A stretch of DNA of 64,000 nucleotides from Tubulanus polymorphus (Eukaryota; Animalia; Nemertea), in contig NC_134036.1 of the NCBI RefSeq assembly GCF_964204645.1, forward strand, positions 11,015,859-11,079,858, in the 5' to 3' direction. Under the pieces are notes generated by a model. It was not told where the DNA came from and searched no databases. It was given only the letters and a program-made list of their open reading frames with translations. The position numbers and the translations under genes are program-made. Position 1 is the stretch's first letter; every line of letters begins with the position of its first letter. This document shows positions 12,862-24,625 of the stretch, one piece after another.

Positions 12862-14145
12862 ATGGGGTTTCCAAAAGCTTTCCAATATAATAAATCAATT
12901 AAATATAATATTCCTGCAATAGATTTAAAACAAAATATTACATATAAAATTGTAGTTTTGAATTCATTAACTAATTTAGAAATTTACGTTACTCAATCAC
13001 AGTTTTTATTTCTAAATTGGAAAATATGTTTAATACATATGAAGTTACTTTTACTCGAGATGAGTATCATATGTATAAAGTAAAATCTAATATGAAATAT
13101 TGGCAGAACCAATTAAATTTTGCTGTTTATTGCGCAACAACTGGTTGCGGTATAAGTTGGAATGATCATTTAAATAACTTAGATAAAAATTTGAATTATT
13201 CTGATTTAAAATTAATTCACACGATATTTAGATTTCACACATATTTTCAAATCAGAATAATATTAAATGAATTAGAATGTCCTTTACCCGGATCTAAATA
13301 TTTTAAAGAATTGGACAATAATATTAATCTATCTAAGTTTTATAAAATATGTAATGAATTTAATATAAACATTAATTCCGATTTTAGAGCGCATGGTAAA
13401 TTGCCATTGTGTTGGTGAAGAGTATGAAATAAAAAGAATTGATTATATGCATAGAATTGGAGCTTATCATAATTATAAAATTGATAATAATAATGGTTGG
13501 GTTAATTTCATTTTAGAAAATGGTGAAGGTTTTACAAAATCAGGTATACAAAGAATAAATCAATCAATTAGAACTTATTTGATATGTATTTTAGGTGCGC
13601 AAGTTGAAACAAGATCACCAATAGTTGGAAATGATAACACTTCATTCGATGCGCAGAAACAATTCAATGTATTATTTGAAGATTCCATTCATAATGATAA
13701 AAGTATATCGATTCCAGAAAACATTGTAAGATATCAAAATTATTTAGATAAATCACATATTAGATTAAATTATTGTATAAGCCCTAATCTATTAATTATT
13801 TCTAATGATTAAGTATTAAAGATGGGAAATATAATTGGTTATAATAATCTAATTAAAACTGCAACAATAAATAATTCATTTGGATTAAATGATATAAATA
13901 AAACGATTATTACTGCTCCAAAATTAATGGAAGGTGAAAAAAATAAAAAACACATTCAATCAACTGAAACTAAAACTAATGATTCTAAAATAAAAGATTA
14001 CAATACATCAGAAAATATTAGAACTGATAATATTCAACATGATATAATTAAAACTGATAGTGATAATAAATCCCATGAAAATGCTAAATTAGCTATAACT
14101 TGTATAGGAATTGTAATCGGAGGAATATTATATTTTAAATTTTAA
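12862..14145 (+). pseudogene. Conserved element-A protein with C-terminal TM (four ORF fragments)
   Basis: WQNQLNFAVYCATTGCGIS, FRFHTYFQIR, GFTKSGIQRINQSIRTY, DAQKQF motifs across overlapping ORFs. Confidence 0.7.
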
Positions 14146-14160
14146 TTTTTTATTATATAA

Positions 14161-15592
14161 ATGGATGAAGAAATTCCATTGGATCCTTTAGATGAACCTG
14201 GTATAAGTGATGAACCACAACCTGATTTTAATGAAACTAATATTGATAATGATGATGAATCAGCATATACTTCTAATTCTAATTTAGCAGATAGTGGTTC
14301 TAAAGCCCCATCAACACAAGAAAATGATAGAAGAACTAGATCGAGAATAGATCCTGAAAATGAAAATCCAGATTTATGAAAGAAAAATTTAGAATATAAT
14401 GAATTTATGTATAAATTCATACCTGTATTTAAAGATTCTGTATATAATATAAATGCTAGAGGCGCCAGACTTTTAGTACAAGATTTAAAATATTTAGATG
14501 GTGAATATTATTATCATTTGAAAGATGATTATTATATTGATATCTCTTATAAAAAACAAGAAAAAATATTAAAAGAATCAACTTTGGGAAAAGAACCAGA
14601 TAGAATTAAAAGAATAAGTAATAGTAATGTAATAACTGATCTTACCGACACAGAAATAAATCAAAATAGAAGAGTATCTAAACAAAGAATTAATGACTTA
14701 TTTGAAACAATCGATGATAATTCAGAAAAAGAAACAACTTCTGAACAGAATAAAACTTCCAAAACTAGTAATCTTAAATCAAACACTGAAGTTCAAACTG
14801 AAAAACTTTTACCGAATGGATTACTTGATGCAACAGATCAAGAAATAGAAGCTTTAAGTATGTTTTCTAAAAAAACAATTAGAGAAATAATAAGTATACG
14901 AAATGAAGCCGATAAAATTGCGCGCGAAAAAAATATTAGATATAATAAAATTAAACCTTTAGAAAATAAATTATTCGACACCAGAAAAGAATTAGAACAA
15001 TTAAAATTAGATAGAGAATTTAAAGTTATTGAAGAAATTGAATTTAAAAAAAGAAATGCATATTTAGAAAAAGAAATTGATGATTTAGAATATAACATAG
15101 ATTTCAGAAAGAAAAAATGAAATTATTATTAAAATCATATGATTATTGTATTAATAGATTAAAAGTTGTTGTTAAAGAGTTAATAATAAAACCAAATTCT
15201 GACATATCACTAAAAGATAGAATAAAATTATTATTTAAGTTTGAAGGAATACCAATTCTTTCAATTCTAACAGCTGTAACTATGTTATTTACAACAATTG
15301 GTTTAGCAATATCAAATTCTACTCCTACTCCCAATAAACCGGATAAACCCCCAGATAGTAATTCTATACAAGATAAAGTTAAGGATGGTTTAAAAAAATA
15401 GCAAAATATTTATGGGAACTATCTAAAAAATCTGCTGCAGCATTACCAGGAATTATTGCATCAATTGTTGGTTTTATATTCAAATCTGCCGGGAATATTC
15501 TTAACTTTGCTGCTGAACATATTATTTTATTTTTAATTACAGTTGTAAGTGCAATTATTTTTGGGTTAGTTAACATGATAAAAAATAAATAA
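14161..15592 (+). pseudogene. Acidic N-terminus / coiled-coil / multi-TM protein (fragmented)
   Basis: ORFs 14161, 14407, 15117 plus continuation KSAAALPGIIASIVGFIF to stop at 15592. Confidence 0.7.
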
Positions 15593-15611
15593 TTATGTTT
15601 TTGTTAAATAA

Positions 15612-16858
15612 ATGAGTGGGAGTTATATCAATCCTTCTAAGAATCATAGAATATCTAATGCTATTAAAGCAGAAAGATCACATCATATAATTACTCATAA
15701 CCTTTCTAATATTAATCCTGATGAAACTTTATATGTTAGAATTCCTCGATTAACACAAAATACTTTTTATGTTCCAAATAGTATTTATTTATCAGCCGAT
15801 ATAAAAGTAATCGGTAATAACAATAATTATGTTGTTGATAATGTTGGGAGATATTTGATTAAAAAATTAACTATAAAGATTTGCCCAGAAACAGCTTTCT
15901 CATTAGATGATTATAATCTATTTATGCATTATAAAAATTTATGGTTAACTAAAGAAAATAGAAATAATATGATATTTCAAGGCATCCAATCAGAAAACCA
16001 AAATAAATTAAGATCAGGAGCTAATGACGCAATAGTGACTCGTACCGCAGATAATTTGATAAAAAAGATTTATGGAAGCAAATATAAAATTCCATTAGAC
16101 TTTGAATTGATAAATAATAATGCGCCTTTATATAAATATGCAATTCAAGAAGATGTTATATTAGAAATAACATTTGCTCCTGTAAATGAAATTGTTTTAT
16201 CTAGCGTTATTAAAGATTTGGGTTATAAATTATCGAATATATGTTTAGAATATGATACAGTAACTGATGAACATATTTCAAGTATAATTCAAACTAAATA
16301 CAATCAAGGATTTTCATTATTATATGATTATATTGATAAATTTAAAACTGTAACTATTAATGCAAATGATGAAATAATTTATGAGAATATTAACTTCCCA
16401 AGAAGATCTATTAAAGGTATATTAATATTTTTTACCATTGCAACATATTCTAATGGTGCAATACAGGTTGATAAGTATTAAAATCCTGAAATAACAAAAG
16501 TAGAAATAACTATCGAAGGAATAGCAAATAAAATATTTTGTCAAGGAATGAGAATGATAGATCAATGGCCAGAAATTAGAAAACATTTTATGAATGAAAA
16601 AGTGAAATCATCTGAAAATTGTAATATTAATCGAATTGATTATTATACCGGTAATAAATATGCATTATGGTTAGATTTTAGAACAACAGAGGATAATTCA
16701 TTACATGGTTCTGGAAAAAAATTACAAAACACTAAAGATGGAATACAATTATTCATGACAAAGAAAAAAGGAAGCCTAAATTTCAAAATGCATATTTATA
16801 TTATATCTGACGCGCAATTAAATATTGTAAATTCTCAATTAAATAGTGTTATGTATAA
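15612..16858 (+). pseudogene. Major capsid protein (double jelly-roll) of element A
   Basis: ETLYVRIPRL, VDNVGR, YG.KY.IPLDF, LSNICLEYD, RRSIKGIL, ALWLDFR, HGSG, ISDAQLNI; single in-frame TAA at 16479-16481. Confidence 0.88.
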
Positions 16859-16891
16859 GAATTTTAACTTTAATAAAAATTTATATAATAA

Positions 16892-17815
16892 ATGGAAGGA
16901 GGTTAAGTATATAAACATATTCCATATATCGATACACATGCAAATAATGATGGTTTATATTATGTAATACCTTGTAATATAGCTTTGATATTTGATCCTA
17001 TTTTCAAAATTTATAAAACTAAACTAATAGAAATCGATAATAATAAAAGTGAAGTTGTTGATAATTTAAGTAATGTAATTGATAATAATGCAATACCTTC
17101 TACATCTAATAATGTAATACCTTCTATATCTAATGATGTAATACCTTCTACATCTAATAATGTAATACCTTCTACATCTAATAATGTAATACCTTCTACA
17201 TCTAATAATGTAATACCTTCTACATCTAATAATGTAATACCTTCTACATCTAATAATGAAATAATATTAAATATTAGTGAAAATAGAAATTATTGTGATT
17301 ATTGTTAAGGTTAATTTTCAAACGCTCCATCAAATTGGAATAAACATATGAATACAAGGGTACATATTACTAATGTTATAGAACGTGTTGGTTTAAGAGA
17401 AGTTATAGAACACCCATTTAGACATGGTACAAAATTTGTTTCAAATAAAAAAGTAAATGGTAAAGAATTATATGAAGATTTATTATTAGCAACACCTAAT
17501 AAAGATGAATTAGATTTAACCGATGCTAATAAAATATTAGGATCAAACATTGTAAAAGAAATATTAGGAGCAAACACTAAGAAAGATGATAATGAAATTA
17601 TAGTTACAGATAAGCATATTGATAATAAAGATTCTATGAAACATAAAGTAGAAAATAATGATAAATTTGAATGGATGAATAAGCATAACAATGAAACAAC
17701 TACTGATGATGCGGTAAAAAGGATGAAGAATAAGTATAAAAATAAAACAACTATTGATGTAGATTCGGTAGAGCATTTGAATAAATTGTTAGGGTATGAT
17801 AATGAAAGTGATTAA
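16892..17815 (+). pseudogene. Repeat-containing C2H2 zinc-finger protein (three in-frame stops)
   Basis: TAAATG at 16892 is in frame with ORFs 16985 and 17348; YCDYC...WNKHMNTRVH finger. Confidence 0.6.
17084..17257 (+). repeat. 24-bp coding minisatellite x7 (NNVIPSTS)
   Basis: AATAATGTAATACCTTCTACATCT repeated in tandem. Confidence 0.95.
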
Positions 17816-17847
17816 AATATTAATTATATTTAACTCAAATAATAATA

Positions 17848-18240
17848 TTGGTTGAAAATTGTATAAAATAATAGTTAATAAAAAAGGGGGTTTTAAGTAT
17901 TTAAGGTATCTAATAGGGTATCTAATACATATCTAATACATATCTAATACATATTATTTGAAAATACCTTAAATTATATTTCTTTTTTAAATTTATATTG
18001 AAACCTTAGTAATAATAAATAACCTTTATTATTTTAAAACTTATTCATATATTAGTTGAAAAAATAAAAATAAATTGGTTGAAAATTGTATAAATAATAT
18101 TTATTTTAAAAAAGGGGGTTTTAAGTATTTAAGGTATCTAATAGGGTATCAGGTATTAGGGTATCTAATAGGGTATCAGGTATTAGGGTATCTAATAGGG
18201 TATCAGGTATTAGGGTATCTAATAGGGTATCTAATACACA
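17848..18240. repeat. Central non-coding repeat region between the convergent arms
   Basis: ~75-bp direct repeat (17849 and 18076), 11-bp TATCTAATACA x3, 27-bp GTATCTAATAGGGTATCAGGTATTAGG x3.5. Confidence 0.9.
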
Positions 18241-18253
18241 GATATATAAATAG

Positions 18254-18865
18254 TTATTTTATAAATTTATATTCATATGGAAATTGTAGTCTCATTAATA
18301 ATTTTGAACCTTTATTATTCTTTAATTTATTCATATATTCATCATGTAATTCAGTAGGTATAATTTGATTTTCTTCCAATGATTGTTGCATAGATTTTCT
18401 ATCTTTGTTATAAAATAAAACTAGAAATCTTATATTCTCCCTAATGTCTTTAACAATTGAATTATATTTTTGATTTAAAACCCATGTTGTTATCCCAAAA
18501 TGTCTCCCAGAGAAAGCTAAATAACATAACTCACTTTCTCTAACGTTTGAATCATGTAAATTTGCGCAATCATCTATAATGAATAATGTATTTGATCGTT
18601 TGTAAGTATCAATTGCTATTTTAATACAATTATCTAAATTTTCTTTTACTGTTTTAGGATTTAATATAATAAACTTTTTTATCTTAACTATATCTCTATT
18701 ATATGTTTTATTCATTTCATAAGTAGGACAAAATAATATTATGTTATCAAAATGATTCTTATAAATAGTTTCTAACAAATCTAATATGAAATGTGTTTTA
18801 CCACAATTGGTTACTCCAGTAACTAACATATTATGCGGTATAAATATAGATAAATCTTTATTCAT
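18254..18865 (-). CDS. A32/FtsK-HerA genome packaging ATPase of element A
   Basis: Walker A GVTNCGKT, Walker B LFIIDD, SGRH arginine finger, VLNQ. Confidence 0.92.
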   Translation of the reverse strand: MNKDLSIFIPHNMLVTGVTNCGKTHFILDLLETIYKNHFDNIILFCPTYEMNKTYNRDIVKIKKFIILNPKTVKENLDNCIKIAIDTYKRSNTLFIIDDCANLHDSNVRESELCYLAFSGRHFGITTWVLNQKYNSIVKDIRENIRFLVLFYNKDRKSMQQSLEENQIIPTELHDEYMNKLKNNKGSKLLMRLQFPYEYKFIK

Positions 18866-19979
18866 TTATTCTTTTAATTTTACTAGATAAAATCCATTCA
18901 TTAAATTTATCATCATATCCTTTATATTTCACCAAAGAATACTTTTTTCCTTTAAGAGTTTTTGTTTTCAATACTTTTTCTATTTTATATTCTATTTCAT
19001 CTGGATTTGGTACAAGTGATAATTCTTGTTCATAGAAATAACCTAATATTTCTTCATCTTTTAGATCTTCTAACTTATAAACAAATGGTTTAGTTAATAT
19101 TATCTTTTTAATCTTGAATATTTCTTCTGTAAAATTAGGGGTATAACCTTTATAAAATGTTTTTCTATATTTAGATATGCTAACGTGTTGTCCTATCTTA
19201 AATTTAGGTTCTCCAAAATCATGTGTAACAAATGCTCCATATAAATTATTCCAAACTATTTCTGAATTATCTTCTTTTCTAGCTTGTATAGGTTTCATAT
19301 TTATAGAACTATGTTTAGAATTATTATAACCTTTCACTAAATCATCTAACACATCGATATATTTGTATGTTTCATTAGCAGTATTTCCATATATATCCAC
19401 ATTAATATTTCCACATTCTAGTTTTCAATGTTTTATTAAACCTTTCTATAATAGATGCTTTTTTATCTGAATATGTTGAAAAATAATCTACATCGTTATC
19501 GGATAATAGTTTTTTGACATGTTTGTTATAAAATTCTTTACCTTCATCAAATTGTATCTTATCTGGAATAGCTTCTTTAAATATTGATTTAAAAGCATTT
19601 GTCACTTCTATACCAGTTTTATTTTTGATTGGAATTGACCATGCGTATCGACTGAATATGTCTATAACATTTAATATCCAGAAATATCCTTTGTTGTATT
19701 CCTCTAAGTTCTGTCAATTAAATCTGCTTGCCATTGTTGATCGATATATGAAACCATAACTTTTCTTGTTAAATAAGTTTTATCCATTTTCTTGTGTATT
19801 TGATATGTTGGTTGATTTTGTAACCATGATTTCAATTCACTTTATTTCATATTACCATTTTCTTTATCAGATTTAATTTTATTCCATAATTCTGTAACGT
19901 TAGAATATGATACTTTACTTCCTGGGTTGTAATATAACTCTCTTAAATATTGTTCTTTTTTCATCTTATTTTAATCCAT
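18858..19979 (-). pseudogene. Retroviral-type (rve) integrase with C-terminal chromodomain
   Basis: LYYNP, WQADL, IDIFSRYAW, IQFDEGKEF, IERFNKTLK, GYTPNFTEE, Y.IEKVL..LVKYKGY..NEWI. Confidence 0.92.
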
Positions 19980-20346
19980 TAATAATAATTTAGATTTAGT
20001 TTCAATGGCTTTATGATTCGACTTATTTTCTGGTATGATAGGTTTATCATCGTTGGAATCATCTTTATCATCAAATTTGAATTTTGATTTATACAGTATA
20101 TAGTACACCGGATAATATAATAACTGTTACTAATCCAATTGTAATATATAATTTATAATTACTTCCAGCATTAGAAGAATCAGATGGATTATTATTTGAA
20201 TCAATATCAGATAATTTCTGTGGTTCATTTATATCAGTTAATTTCTTTTTCTTAGCTTTTTTAATTCAGCAGATCTTTTACCTAATTCTCTTGACCATTT
20301 AATTTGTTTCTCGGATCTAGGCTTCTTCTTTAACGCCATCACTCAT
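19980..20346 (-). pseudogene. Basic N-terminal, single-TM hypothetical protein (fragmented)
   Basis: TAAATG start at 20346; lysine-rich segment followed by a hydrophobic stretch; fills the gap between neighbours. Confidence 0.45.
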
Positions 20347-20941
20347 TTATTTTAGTTAATTTTTGTTCTGATTCATTTTCTGTTTCACCGTTTGGTTGTA
20401 GTTCATCTGTTTCGTTCTTACCTGATTTATATTCCATAGGCTTGATATTCGAAAATGTTATGACGCCAGTAGAAATTAATGTCATAACCGATCCTAATTG
20501 AAATGAAGCATAACCAACCCATTTTTGTAATTCAGTCATAACTAAATAGTCATTTTTCAAATCACTATATAATTTATTTTCATCATCAATTGGTATTAAC
20601 TGGTTACATAACTTAGAATAACATTTGACAATACCATTTGAAATAGAATCATTTATTTGGGCTAATCTTGCCTATTCATAAATCTTAAAATATTTTATTA
20701 CTTTATCAGGTTTCATAGCATCTAATTCTTGAAAAGTTATTATTTTTCCCAAGAAATCTTTAGATTTTCCTCCAGCAATCAATAGTTCTAGATGATGCTT
20801 ACAATATAAATAGTATTCATAATCTATATTACAATTAACTTGAGCACAATTAGTTACAACTGTATCTTTATTATCAATTATACCCAAATCATCTAATGTT
20901 TTTTCAATATTAATACTATTCTTATTAGATTTCTTTGACAT
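20339..20941 (-). pseudogene. Conserved hypothetical protein (one in-frame stop)
   Basis: ORFs 20941-20672 and 20560-20339 are in the same frame; GKSKDFLGK...Y..YE motif. Confidence 0.65.
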
Positions 20942-21148
20942 TTATATTAGAGAAAAGAAGAAAAAAAAAATATTATAAGTCTTCTTCAAATGATACTAGC
21001 TACTTAAAGCTAAAGAATTTCTATTCGGATCTATTCAAAATATAAAGTATTCTCTTTTTGAAAAGAAAATATTAAAAATATAATAGAATTCACTGGTTAG
21101 TTGAAGTTATATAATTGTTAATATTTTTTATTTGAGATATATTATTCT

Positions 21149-21825
21149 TTAACCACTCATTAAAGACTCAACGTATTGTTCATTATTTGGATCATTGTTC
21201 CATTGATCAATAAATTTCTTTGCCTTTGTTAACTGTTCTAAATATAACTGTAAATCTATTTTATTAGATTTGATTTTATATTCTTTCTTTTCAAGAGGTC
21301 TTAAATTTTTCAAACCCCAAATAAGTTTTTTATTGTATTCATCATTCATGTTAAATTTAGATATTGGTAACGTATGATCAATATGAAAATAATCTCCATA
21401 ATTATCTATATTCATTTGACTATCGAATTGAAATATAATCCACGATTTGAGAAATTCATCTGAACAACCCAACAAATTAGATAATGTTTCTGAATGTGTT
21501 TCTTTGTTGAATAATTGTGTTAATCTAGATCTTAAGCATTGTTTCAATCTAAAATTAAGATCTGTTTGATATCTTTCTCTCATATATTCTGCCATATAAT
21601 AATTATAATGTTCTATATTATCTTCTCGATATTGTTTGGTATATAGTTTAGTGCAAGTTTTACAGCAATATTGAAAACCATCTTTGCTAATCTTACGCTT
21701 ACTAAATTCTTTAAATGGTTTACACTATGGTTTACTAATTCACACTTAGAACACTTCTTGTAATATATATTTATAACACCAGTGTTATTTGTAATATTGA
21801 TAATTTGTGGTTGTTCTGGTTCCAT
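21149..21825 (-). pseudogene. HNH endonuclease with N-terminal zinc ribbon, of the type common in large DNA viruses
   Basis: KKCSKC N-terminus; D.NFRL...LRSRL, LLGCS, HIDH, NLRPL; frameshifted. Confidence 0.82.
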
Positions 21826-21989
21826 TTATTATATGTATTTTTTTACTAATTTGGTTAATATTTTAGAATCCTCTTCCATTTCTTCGACCAACGTCATCCT
21901 TTTTCATTCCTCGCTGCTTTTGATAAGTCGTTTCAGTTCCTTGATATCTAAATCATACCAGTTACAATACCCGCGTCACATGCGGGCAT

Positions 21990-22300
21990 ACAGGAGCGCT
22001 TTTGCTTAATGTGCATGTGTTGATCATAATTATATATTCATTCTGTAAATAGAAACAACTGAAAACATAAAATATCAAAACGCACTAGGCAAGACCGGGC
22101 ATTCAGGCCCGGTTTGGATCAATGCGCATGCGCTAATCATAATTATATATTCATTCTGTAAATTCTGTAAAATAGAAACAACTGAACACAGAAAATTCAA
22201 ACGTATGCGCACTAGGCAAGACCGGGCATTCGGGCCTGGTTTGGATCAATGCGCATGCGCTAACTATAATTGAAACGACTGAACATAAAAATTCACCAAA
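21990..22300. repeat. Tandem array of ~2.5 copies of a ~120-bp unit
   Basis: GCACTAGGCAAGACCGGGCATTC..GGTTTGGATCAATGCGCATGCGCTAA at 22082 and 22209, partial copy from 22008. Confidence 0.85.
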
Positions 22301-22439
22301 CAGATTTACACAATTCATTATACAAGTTGTTCAGTCGTTTCTTCCAATACATCATTTGATTTCTATAAATACAATTTATAATTACAAACATTTTTTCAAT
22401 TGCCGGTAAATATTTAACTACATCAACAAACGTTAAACT

Positions 22440-22630
22440 TAATCATTGGAGTCTTAATGTTTTTGAAATTCTTATATAGTTTCTTCTTCGATCTTTTGTG
22501 ATTCTTGTGTTTCTTGTGCCAATTTATATTGGTTCGATATCCATTGCTGTTGATTCCACAGTCATAAAGGAATGCTCAATATCTTGAGTTTCTCTATCGC
22601 TTCTTGATGTGTATGACGTTTTATTAATCT
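22440..22630 (-). pseudogene. Possible diverged homologue of the 11975-12397 protein
   Basis: KRH..QEAIEKL then W.Q..WI.NQ in broken frames; weak. Confidence 0.25.
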
Positions 22631-23129
22631 AAAAGATATCAGCGGTAACTCTAATTATCTAAAAGATATACTAAATACACTTAAAAATATATCTAAAGGT
22701 TTCATATTTAATAGCCCCAATAACTACAAAAAACAGTACTTACATTTAGATTTAGAATTGTAAACTATAAACTCCGATTTTGCGTTTCGAGAGAGAATAT
22801 CCTAAGCGTTATGTTACATCGTCTATTCAGTTCCGGTGCGATTTTGAAATGAACACGTCGTCGATTATGCCACGTCATCTAGTTCCGGTACACCTTCTAG
22901 AATGATCTTTTGTAGAATGATCGCGTTTGTAGTATTATGACTCATATGTCTCGGCGTCATAGTAACAGCTGTGACAGCTGTGAATCAATAGATTTATTCA
23001 ATTATTTTGTAATACCAGCTGTTACACGAGGATTCGCGCAATATGATTAAACGTTTCTATTAACTGAGAAAATCAATAACAAAGGCAACGTATCTTTATA
23101 TAGAAATCAAATTATGTACAACGCCCGAA

Positions 23130-23426
23130 CATACTTGTAAATATATTATCTTTATCAAAATAATCTTCACCTATATTTCGAGTATGAATTTTAGATTTTA
23201 AATGTTCATTTTAATATCTTTTATCACTGAATGATTGATTACATGTATCACATTTGTATGTTTCTTTTTCATTCTTTAATTCATCTAATTTAGTTTCTAA
23301 TATATCATCTTTATATTTTAACTTTAATTTATTCTCTAAATGTGTTTTAGTTTTATTGTGTCTTGATTTTTGGGATTTATCTGTATTGATATTACATGTT
23401 GGGCAGTAGTACTTATTTGCTTCCAT
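23130..23426 (-). pseudogene. N-terminal zinc-finger region of the first element-A gene (likely polB N-terminus)
   Basis: YYCPTC..KSRHNKTKTH and YKCDTC..H fingers directly inside the terminal sequence; same composition as element A. Confidence 0.6.
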
Positions 23427-23505
23427 TTTAATACTAAATTTTTTGCTAAAATTGATTTTAGAAGTTCTTCATTTATATTTTATTCATGTATATGAATATT
23501 TTAAG

Positions 23506-23662
23506 AGTAATAGGGGTTCAGTTGTTCTAGGTTAAAGGTTGAACGGGCGGGTGAGTAAAAAATGAAAAATATGAAAATAATAATAATTTCTACTTGAATG
23601 AGGAGTGAAACTCATAAAAAATGAAAAATAAATTCGAGCGTGCGAGAATTTATTTTTTTTTT
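23506..23662. repeat. Element-A terminal sequence (partial hairpin)
   Basis: AGTAATAGGG..TTGTTCTAG.TTAAAGGTTG..GTGAGTAAAAAATGAAAAAT..GTGCGAGAATT matches 34295-34380. Confidence 0.8.
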
Positions 23663-23669
23663 CAATATC

Positions 23670-23800
23670 TAGCCAATCAGATGCATGATATTCATAGGGA
23701 ATATGATTGGCCAATGAAGGGTTTGCGGTCAAGGTTTGTATAAGCGTGAGCTTCCGTGGACGGCAAAAAAACCCTGGCAAGTGAAGATGGACGTGGGCGG
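23670..23800 (+). repeat. Interspersed host repeat, second copy near 35745-35960
   Basis: Shared AGCCAATCAGATG, CCAATGAAGG.TTTGC and AAACCCTGGCAAG.GA.GATG blocks. Confidence 0.55.
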
Positions 23801-24166
23801 AAGATACTATAGACATTGATCGTGTAATATATAATCCTCGCTTGCTAGATCGAAGTGACTGAAGCCATTGCCACTATTATGTTATTTTCAATCATATGAA
23901 TTTCCGTGTGAAAAAGAGGACAATTAAATTGTGACAACTGAGAAACTTTCTCGATTTAAAATTTACCACTCGTCATTATCGTTAACATCATCAGAGTTTC
24001 TGTAGATACTCGTTTCATTGCTAAGTAAGACCCCGCAATTGATATGAAAGGTTAGATTTGAACAGTTTTGGGTTAATCTAAACCCCATCAACAGAGATAT
24101 CAAAATGGTATAATAATGAATTCCAGTAATAAACACATATAGTTGTTATCAAGGAAGTTCGGGAAC

Positions 24167-24625
24167 AGTAGTAGGGTATGTCACTATGGGGCCACAGTGG
24201 AGGGAGGAGGGAGGAGTGAGGAGGGAGGAGGAATGACGTCATACCGGAAGTGACGTCATACCGGAAGTGACGTAATCCAAGATGGCGACCGGAAGTGACG
24301 TCATCCAAGATGGCGGCCGGAAGTTGCGGTTAAAATTCAAATTTCAAATTTTTGGCGGGAAAATTCAAAATTTTTCCGTTAAATCCAAATCAAATTATTG
24401 ACAACAAATCCAAATCAATTTATTGGCGGTGTTAAATCCAAATCAAATTTATTGGCGGTGTTCAATCCAAATTTATTTATTGGTATGATTGAATCCTAGA
24501 TGGCGCTTACGCATTCCTATGCGTGTTTATGGGAAAAGTTGAATCCTAGATGGCGCTATTACGAGATCCTATGTGTACGTGGAGGTGAGGGGGGAAGTGA
24601 AGTTAAATCCTAGATGGCGCTTTTC
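24167..24625 (+). promoter_or_regulatory. Left terminal region of element B with clustered ETS, CRE/ATF, YY1 and CTCF-like motifs
   Basis: CCGGAAGT x4, TGACGTCA x3, CAAGATGGCG x2, AATCCTAGATGGCGCT x3, AAATCCAAATCAA repeats. Confidence 0.75.

Larger units (their letters stand above)
7680..21960. mobile_element. Element A: AT-rich Polinton-like virus / alpha-adintovirus-like endogenous element, degenerate, 5' truncated
   Basis: Compact convergent gene arms: pPolB, penton, MCP on +; HNH, integrase, packaging ATPase on -; abrupt shift to very low GC; many single in-frame stops and frameshifts. Confidence 0.93.

Noticed and set aside
17084-18240. CRISPR-like arrays
   Set aside because: Units are head-to-tail with no unique spacers, there are no cas genes and the context is eukaryotic
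18075-18368. 97-aa ORF with YLIGYQVLG repeats
   Set aside because: Translation of the 27-bp non-coding tandem repeat; overlaps the ATPase antisense
10610-20941. Alternative genetic code explaining in-frame stops
   Set aside because: TAA, TAG and TGA all occur both as internal and true stops, alongside frameshifts; decay or sequencing error is simpler
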